DNA from: Desulfobacterales bacterium
GTDB taxonomy: Bacteria; Desulfobacterota; DSM-4660; Desulfatiglandales; Desulfatiglandaceae
DNA: 62,924 nt
Direction: 5' to 3'
NCBI GenBank assembly: GCA_027027005.1
Contig: JALVMN010000375.1
Location: 1 to 62,924 of the forward strand
In this document: in pieces, positions 56,965-62,924 of the stretch
Numbering within the stretch: the stretch's first letter is position 1
Layout of the letters: every line of letters starts with the position of its first letter
Notes under the pieces: generated by a model
The model's database searches: none
What the model was told of the DNA's origin: nothing
Seen by the model: only the letters and a program-made list of their open reading frames with translations
Translations under genes and position numbers: made by a program

Positions 56965-58374
56965 CTACCAGCCCCAAGTCAGATATTTGTGTATGGAATC
57001 CGAGGCCTTTCTCCCGGCCCCCATGGCAAGGATCACGGTGGCTGCCCCTGTCACTATATCGCCTCCTGCCCACACACCCTTCTTCGTGGTCTTACCGGTA
57101 TCAGGGTCGGCCACAATGTAACCCCATTTGTTCAGTTCCAGGCCGGGGGTGCTCTTGGTGAGCACGGGATTTGCCCCCGAACCCACTGCAATCACTGCCA
57201 GATCGCACTCCAGTTCAAATTCCGAGCCTTCGATGGGCACGGGTCTGCGCCTGCCCGATTCATCCGGCTCACCCAATTCCATCTTGATACACTCCATTCC
57301 TCTTACCCGGCCCTGATCATCGCCCAGGAATCTCTTCGGGGCCGTAAGGAGAAAGAACTCAATGCCTTCTTCCTCGGCATGGTGTATCTCTGCTGCCCTG
57401 GCCGGCATCTCCTGGCGCGATCGCCTATAGACGATCCTTACGCGGTCCGCACCCAGGCGCATGGCCGTCCTAGCGGCATCCATGGCCACATTGCCAGCCC
57501 CTAAGACCACCACGTCCTTTCCACGGGCAATGGGGGTGTCGTATTCGGGAAACAGGTAGGCCTTCATCAGGTTTGCCCTGGTCAAGTATTCGTTGGCAGA
57601 ATAGATCCCTATCAGATTCTCTCCAGGGATGTTGAGGAACCACGGAAGCCCTGCCCCCACCCCTATGAAGACAGCGTCGTAACCTTGCTCGAACAACTCG
57701 TCCACGGTAACTGAGCGGCCCACCACCACGTTGCACTCCACCTTTACGCCCAGACGCTCCAGGAAGTTTACCTCTTGGAATACGATCTCCTTGGGCAGCC
57801 TGAACTCGGGTATGCCATAGACCAGCACCCCCCCTGGCTTGTGGAAAGCCTCGAATACCGTCACCTCATGACCTTTGAGGATCAGGTCGCCGGCCACCGT
57901 CAGCCCTGAAGGGCCGGAGCCGACCACTGCCACCCGCTTTCCAGTGGGTTCGGCCTTGGGAGGAAGTTCCCCTTTCCCATGGGCCCTCTCCCAGTCTGCG
58001 GCAAAGCGCTCCAGGTTCCCGATGGCCACTGGCTCATCCTTCTTGGCAAGGATACACGCCCCCTCGCACTGTATCTCCTGGGGGCACACCCTTCCGCATA
58101 CAGCAGGGAGGCTGTTGCGCTCCCAGATCTTCCTTATGGCCCCCTGAAAATCCTCCTCCTTTATGAGCCGAATAAATCCAGGTATATCAATGGCCACCGG
58201 ACACCCTGCCACACAGTTCGGCTTCTTGCACTGGAGACATCTTTCAGCCTCCTTCATGGCCAGCTCCGGCGTGTAACCCAGCGGAACCTCGTCAAAGTTG
58301 CGCCTGCGGACCCCCGGGTCCTGCTCGGGCATGGGCTGGCGTGGGATCTTTTCCTTTTTTACTGCTTTCGCCAT
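56965..58374 (-). CDS. NfnB / SudA / GltD-like subunit (2x[4Fe-4S], FAD, NADPH)
   Basis: CLQCKKPNCVAGCP..., VAVVGSGPSGLTVAGDL and VVLGAGNVAMDAART dinucleotide folds, 469 aa. Confidence 0.8.
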   Translation of the reverse strand: MAKAVKKEKIPRQPMPEQDPGVRRRNFDEVPLGYTPELAMKEAERCLQCKKPNCVAGCPVAIDIPGFIRLIKEEDFQGAIRKIWERNSLPAVCGRVCPQEIQCEGACILAKKDEPVAIGNLERFAADWERAHGKGELPPKAEPTGKRVAVVGSGPSGLTVAGDLILKGHEVTVFEAFHKPGGVLVYGIPEFRLPKEIVFQEVNFLERLGVKVECNVVVGRSVTVDELFEQGYDAVFIGVGAGLPWFLNIPGENLIGIYSANEYLTRANLMKAYLFPEYDTPIARGKDVVVLGAGNVAMDAARTAMRLGADRVRIVYRRSRQEMPARAAEIHHAEEEGIEFFLLTAPKRFLGDDQGRVRGMECIKMELGEPDESGRRRPVPIEGSEFELECDLAVIAVGSGANPVLTKSTPGLELNKWGYIVADPDTGKTTKKGVWAGGDIVTGAATVILAMGAGRKASDSIHKYLTWGW

Positions 58375-58404
58375 TACCTTCCTCCAACTCCATATTATTC
58401 CATA

Positions 58405-59244
58405 TCATGCGGCCTTGCACTCACCCTTGAACTTCTCATAGGCAAGGGCCTCTTGTTCCTTGTAGGCAGCAAGCCTCTGCATGAGTTCGTCAAAATCCAC
58501 CTGGTGACCGTCAAATTCAGGTCCATCCACACAGGCAAACTTGGTTTCGCCACCAACGGTAACCCTGCAGCACCCGCACATGCCGGTACCGTCCACCATG
58601 ATGGGGTTCAAGCTTACGATTGTCTTTACATTGTATTCAGCCGTCATCTTGGCCAAAAACTTCATCATGGGCACCGGCCCTATTCCCACCACGAGCTTTA
58701 CATCCTGTTTTTCCAGTATCTCTTTGAGAACGTCTGTCACAAAGCCGTGATGCCCATAGGAGCCATCGTCGGTGCACACGAAGAGCTCGTGAGATGCGGC
58801 CTTCATCTTCTCCTCCAAGATAAGGAGATCTTTTGTGCGGGCACCTATTATGGCTATCACATGGTTGCCGATCTCCTTGAGGGCCCGTGTTATGGGGTGA
58901 AGTACCGCCACCCCGGTTCCTCCTCCCACACAGACCACGGTTCCCACCTTTTCTATGTGGGTTGGACTGCCGAGCGGGCCGATCACATCCTGGTACCTGT
59001 CACCCACCTGAAGTGTCTTAAAAAGCGCCGTGGATTTCCCAACCACCTGGTATATGATGGTAATGGTGCCCTTCTTGGGATCAGTGTCAGCCATGGTCAA
59101 GGGGATCCTTTCCCCTGTTTCATTGGCCTTCAGGATAACGAACTGCCCCGGCTTGGCCTTCTTGGCAATGAGTGGGGCGCTTATCTCGTTCAGCACCACG
59201 GTGCCCTGGGCCATTTCCTCTCGTCGCAATATCTCGAACATCAC
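58405..59244 (-). CDS. NfnA / SudB-like subunit (ferredoxin-NADP reductase fold with C-terminal 2Fe-2S)
   Basis: RIPLTMAD (RxYS-like FAD site), VCVGGGTGVA, C-terminal GTGMCGCCRV...CVDGP cluster motif. Confidence 0.8.
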   Translation of the reverse strand: MMFEILRREEMAQGTVVLNEISAPLIAKKAKPGQFVILKANETGERIPLTMADTDPKKGTITIIYQVVGKSTALFKTLQVGDRYQDVIGPLGSPTHIEKVGTVVCVGGGTGVAVLHPITRALKEIGNHVIAIIGARTKDLLILEEKMKAASHELFVCTDDGSYGHHGFVTDVLKEILEKQDVKLVVGIGPVPMMKFLAKMTAEYNVKTIVSLNPIMVDGTGMCGCCRVTVGGETKFACVDGPEFDGHQVDFDELMQRLAAYKEQEALAYEKFKGECKAA

Positions 59245-59410
59245 TTGCCTCCCGCTCTTTCAGTAATTCATCAAAAATTCCCATTAGCACACAGCTATTT
59301 CTCCTGTCAAAAGAAATCTTTCACAATCTTATTTTGTTTAATTGACTCAAGTTGAAAAGGGGGTGAAAAGGGCTGAAGGAAGATTTAGCTGCTTCCCTAA
59401 CAGTTTTCTC

Positions 59411-60019
59411 TCATTCTGGAACCGTAGAAAGGTCCTTGGCCATCATGAGGGCATCTTGTCCGGCAGGATAAAATCCTTTCTTGACCTCCAACTCCCTGTA
59501 GCCCATCTTGCGGAACAAGGCCTTGGCAGCAGAGTTTTCAACTGCGGTGTGAAGGATTATCCGCCCGATCCCCACTTCCCAGGCCTTCTTTTCTATGGAT
59601 CGCAGAAGTGTTGAGCCGATCGACTGCCTCCGAAACTCTTCAGATACGGCAATGGCCAATAGTTCGCCTCTACCGAGCCCTACGCCCAGCATGGCAAACC
59701 CAGCCGGCTTACCATCTTTAGTGGCCACCAGGGTGATTGTAAGGCCCGATGAGAGCCACTCAGGTATGCTTGTATCATAGGGGCCGTATTGCTGGAATGC
59801 TTCCGTGGAAAGGGAGCGGATAAAGGGGGTGTCCGAGGCAACGGCCTCTCTCACTTCAATGGAAGGTTTGGCCGAATGGTATTCAGGCCTTGGAAGATGC
59901 TTGCTTGGTTTGGTGATCTTGGTCTTGGTGGCCGCAGGGGGTGTGAAGCGCAGGTGTCTCAGCTTCTGCTTTCGTTTGAAGTCACCGTATTTACCGAATC
60001 TCCCGCGTCTCGCCATCAA
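59411..60019 (-). CDS. GNAT-family N-acetyltransferase with a basic N-terminal extension
   Basis: LAIAVSEEFRRQSIGSTLL (Q/RxxGxG/A-type acetyl-CoA motif) and ARKLFRKMGY-like C-terminus. About 55 aa of K/R-rich extension. Confidence 0.7.
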   Translation of the reverse strand: MMARRGRFGKYGDFKRKQKLRHLRFTPPAATKTKITKPSKHLPRPEYHSAKPSIEVREAVASDTPFIRSLSTEAFQQYGPYDTSIPEWLSSGLTITLVATKDGKPAGFAMLGVGLGRGELLAIAVSEEFRRQSIGSTLLRSIEKKAWEVGIGRIILHTAVENSAAKALFRKMGYRELEVKKGFYPAGQDALMMAKDLSTVPE

Positions 60020-60048
60020 CTCTCCTCAGTTAAAATATATCCAAAAAG

Positions 60049-61101
60049 TCATCCCTGGAGGGACTTCCAGTATCTCCCATGAACCCTTTGGCTGGTCTTA
60101 AGAATTTCTTCCAAAGAGCCCTGGTTTGCCCTATCCATGATCTCCCCCAAGGAAGTCTCTTCCTTGCCGGCCATCTCCCGAAGCACGGCGCGGACCCCAT
60201 CCCTGAGGCCCTGCAAGTTGTATCCCCCCTCCAGGCAGGCCACCATTTTCCCGCCGCATGCCTCCTGCGCCATGTTGAGTATGGACCTGGCAAGTCCTGC
60301 AAACCCTTGAGAAGTTACGCGCATTCCTCCCAGCGGGTCTCCTTCATAGATATCGAAACCGGCTGAGACCAGCACAAGGTCAGGCCGAAATTCCAGCACG
60401 ATGGGGCGAAGGATATTTTGGTAGATTGCCACGTATTCTGCATCACCATATCCGGTGGAAAGTGGGACATTGACGGTGTAACCCTCTCCCTGGCCCTGGC
60501 CCACCTCCTGGAATGAACCACTCCCCGGGTAATACGGATACTGATGGGTGGAAAAATAGAGCACAGAAGGATCATGCTCAAAGATGTGTTGGGTGCCGTT
60601 TCCGTGGTGTAGGTCCCAATCAATGATGACCACCCTTTCGGCGCCACAAATCTCCTGGGCATATCTGGCACCAACGGCCACGTTATTGAACAGGCAAAAG
60701 CCCATTGCCCTGTTCTTTTCTGCATGGTGACCAGGAGGCCTTATGAGGGCAAAGGCATTGTCCAGCGTGCCATCCATTACCATTGAGATTGCCTTACATG
60801 TCCCACCTGCTGCAAGCAGGGCCGCTTCATAAGACCCCGGAGAGGTGGAAGTGTCGGGATCCAGTGAATAGGAGGGCTTTCCCGCAGTACTTGCCACGAT
60901 CTTGACCAGCGAATCACTGTGGACCCAGAGGAGGTGTTCCTCCTGGGCTGGTTCAGGGGTTATATTCGAAAAATTCCCTGCCATATCCTCCTGTTTCAGC
61001 ATCTCGTAGATTACCTCAAGCCGCCTCGGGCTCTCAGGGTGATAAGCACCAGGGTCATGCTTCAAGTACCGCTCGTCCTTAACCACTCCGGTCCTGTTCA
61101 T
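60049..61101 (-). CDS. Histone deacetylase-family (class II/AcuC-like) deacetylase
   Basis: RPPGHHA, IIDWDLHHGNGTQ and EGGYN catalytic blocks. ATG at 61101 follows GGGGGAG. Confidence 0.85.
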   Translation of the reverse strand: MNRTGVVKDERYLKHDPGAYHPESPRRLEVIYEMLKQEDMAGNFSNITPEPAQEEHLLWVHSDSLVKIVASTAGKPSYSLDPDTSTSPGSYEAALLAAGGTCKAISMVMDGTLDNAFALIRPPGHHAEKNRAMGFCLFNNVAVGARYAQEICGAERVVIIDWDLHHGNGTQHIFEHDPSVLYFSTHQYPYYPGSGSFQEVGQGQGEGYTVNVPLSTGYGDAEYVAIYQNILRPIVLEFRPDLVLVSAGFDIYEGDPLGGMRVTSQGFAGLARSILNMAQEACGGKMVACLEGGYNLQGLRDGVRAVLREMAGKEETSLGEIMDRANQGSLEEILKTSQRVHGRYWKSLQG

Positions 61102-61300
61102 GTGGCTCCCCCTTTCTTCGTGACTTGTTCTGGCACTTTCTTGATTCGACAGATGGCCGTTTTTCCCTCTTTTATCAAAAAAGCAGGGGCCCGGCAAAGG
61201 CCAATCAGGTCTTTCCTCCCTTGCCAACAATCACCTTGCCCCTTATATTTGGGAGAGAGGAGCCCGGGATCCTTGAGTTGGAACCGAAGGGTGAAAATTT

Positions 61301-61627
61301 ATGTTTTTTTTCATAGCAGGTGTTCAGCCAAAGACAAAGGTCCTGGATCCCAATCCCAGGCTTTGTCCGGTCTGTGGGCTCAATCGTGCAAAGCTGAAAC
61401 GGATTGATCATTACCTTTCTGTCTTTTTCATCCCCCTTTTCAGGATCAAGAAAGGGGAGCCCATGCTGGTTTGTGATATATGCGGGCCGGTTGGGGCAGA
61501 GGTGGGCCCGGGAGGCCGGGAAGTAGCCCCTGAGCCAGAGGTGGGAACGGGGGAATTGTGCCCCATGTGTAAGGCCCAGGTTGAGCCGCACTTTCGGTTC
61601 TGCCCTTACTGCGGTCAAAGGCTGTAA
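61301..61627 (+). CDS. Zinc-ribbon domain protein
   Basis: CPVCG...CDICG and CPMC...CPYCG cysteine pairs, with one hydrophobic segment. Confidence 0.5.
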   Translation: MFFFIAGVQPKTKVLDPNPRLCPVCGLNRAKLKRIDHYLSVFFIPLFRIKKGEPMLVCDICGPVGAEVGPGGREVAPEPEVGTGELCPMCKAQVEPHFRFCPYCGQRL

Positions 61628-61688
61628 GTTGCCCTTGTCTCTTGTAAATAAACTGACCTTGGAATCATATGACCTGGGATAATATTTC

Positions 61689-62849
61689 ATGAATACACAG
61701 CGCACCCCCCTTTGGACCAGGCCCTTCTTGGTACTTACCGCCTGCTTCTTCCTGGCCTTTTCCAACATCTCCTTTTTTTACCTCTACCCACTGGCCCTGG
61801 ATGCCGTTGGGATAAGCAAGGCCCTCATCGGCTGGGTCATGGGCATATTCTCCCTTTCCACGGTGCTCTCCAGGCCCCTTATGGGGCACCTGGTCTCCAA
61901 GAAGGGAGAACGCATGGTGATTTGGTGGGGGATGGTCCTGATGACGGCGGCCTCGGCGGCTTACCTATGGATAAAGGGGTTTGGATTCCCCTTGCTGGTG
62001 GTAAGGGTGGTTCATGGAATCGGTTTTTCTGCCTTTGTCTCTGGTGGTTTTTCCCTGGTTGCAAGGGAGATTTCTCCTTACAGGCACGCCGAGGCATACG
62101 GGATTGTGGGTGCAGCCCTCATGGCCGCCGTGGCCCTGGCCCCTCCATTGGGGGAATTGCTGATACAGTGGAGAGGGTTTTCTTGGGTATTTGCAGCGGC
62201 AGCCGTTACGACCCTAATTGCATCGGTTGTTGTAGGGGCCCTGCCAGGCAGCAATCCAAACGGGCCAGACCTTCATGGTGGTGCCTCTATTGATTACATG
62301 TCGCTTCTTTTAAAAAGATCATACATATACTTGTTGGTGGTCACCTTTGTGTTTTCACACACCCAGTCAACCGTGGTCAATTTCGTGGCCCTCCTGGCAA
62401 AGGAGAAGGGGGTGGAAAGCGGGGGCTTCTTTTTCGTCTCGTTTGCCCTTGCAATCCTCATCCTGCTCAGTGCAGGGAGATTCATCCAAAGAAGGGGTAA
62501 GCTATGGGTGCTAAGAACTTCGTATCCCTCCCTGGCACTGGGTGTGGGACTGATCCCGCTCTTTATCGGTTCCAACCTCTTTTTCCTCCCGGCGCTATTT
62601 TTTGGCTGCGCCATGGGGCTCCTTTTTCCGGCCCTCAACGCCCTGGCAGCCGACCACGGCACCCGGCAAGAGAAACCCGCCACCATGGCGATCTTTACCG
62701 CTGTCTATGACACGGGCTTTATCACCGGTGGCCTGGTATCAGGCGCTCTTTCCCAGTCAGCAGGCCTGGGAGCCCTCTTTGGGCTTACAGGACTTCTTGC
62801 CTTTGGAGGATTTGTTTTCTTGGCCCTCTTTTTCAGGCATTGGCCATGA
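61689..62849 (+). CDS. MFS transporter
   Basis: 12 predicted TM segments and the MFS loop motif GHLVSKKGERM between TM2 and TM3. Confidence 0.8.
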   Translation: MNTQRTPLWTRPFLVLTACFFLAFSNISFFYLYPLALDAVGISKALIGWVMGIFSLSTVLSRPLMGHLVSKKGERMVIWWGMVLMTAASAAYLWIKGFGFPLLVVRVVHGIGFSAFVSGGFSLVAREISPYRHAEAYGIVGAALMAAVALAPPLGELLIQWRGFSWVFAAAAVTTLIASVVVGALPGSNPNGPDLHGGASIDYMSLLLKRSYIYLLVVTFVFSHTQSTVVNFVALLAKEKGVESGGFFFVSFALAILILLSAGRFIQRRGKLWVLRTSYPSLALGVGLIPLFIGSNLFFLPALFFGCAMGLLFPALNALAADHGTRQEKPATMAIFTAVYDTGFITGGLVSGALSQSAGLGALFGLTGLLAFGGFVFLALFFRHWP

Positions 62850-62924
62850 CGCTTTCCGTGGATCCAAATGCTCCACCTTCCAGGTCCACCAGTGCCGGGG
62901 TGCGGTTTTATTGGTGTTACATTG

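Noticed and set aside
57979-59355. 458-aa ORF on the plus strand; also 22192..22965 (+), 24996..25682 (+), 5326..6177 (-), 48515..49132 (+), 9787..10293 (-) and 32757..33230 (-).
   Set aside because: All lie antisense to or overlapping genes with strong family motifs. They lack RBSs and recognisable motifs, are rich in Pro/Arg/Gly/His as expected for shadow frames of GC-rich genes, and the 458-aa one spans an intergenic gap of the real nfnAB-like genes.

Overview
62.9-kb bacterial chromosomal window, densely coding on both strands, about 55 credible genes. There is one tRNA (initiator tRNA-Met), no rRNA and no CRISPR array. The gene content suggests an anaerobic, possibly thermophilic, sulfate-reducer- or syntroph-like bacterium; this is an inference from gene content, not a taxonomic call. 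The supporting genes are a di-myo-inositol-phosphate (IPCT/DIPPS) compatible-solute cluster, EtfAB with a membrane DsrMK-like Fe-S oxidoreductase, NfnAB-like genes, a tetraheme cytochrome c3, 2-hydroxyacyl-CoA dehydratase-like subunits, FeoAB and sigma54 regulation. Housekeeping genes: bioB, purB, pepP, an RNase II/R-family gene, xerD, rmuC, katG with a perR-like gene. Regions worth a second look: (1) a cytochrome bd-superfamily gene pair whose CydA-like subunit carries two fused CxxCH domains and appears to lack the quinol-side heme ligand (38.0-41.6 kb). (2) A module with a perfect sigma54 promoter (TusA-fold protein, outer-membrane barrel, FG-GAP secreted protein) next to a divergent activator with a Cys-rich PAS domain (22.2-27.7 kb). 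(3) That module is bracketed by a 116-bp near-identical direct repeat plus a diverged copy of the glcD 5' end, a recombination scar that also truncates an adenylate-cyclase-like gene. (4) A low-GC block with two large secreted repeat proteins, an IS256 remnant and a nucleotidyltransferase pair, next to tRNA-fMet (42-47.5 kb). (5) A gene-decay zone with a truncated sensor, an IS21 istB remnant and yeiH carrying an in-frame TAG (16.5-18.8 kb). (6) An orphan NuoEFG-like diaphorase module and orphan hybD-hypC genes without catalytic partners in the window. All functional calls rest on reading motifs in the supplied translations; no database search was possible.
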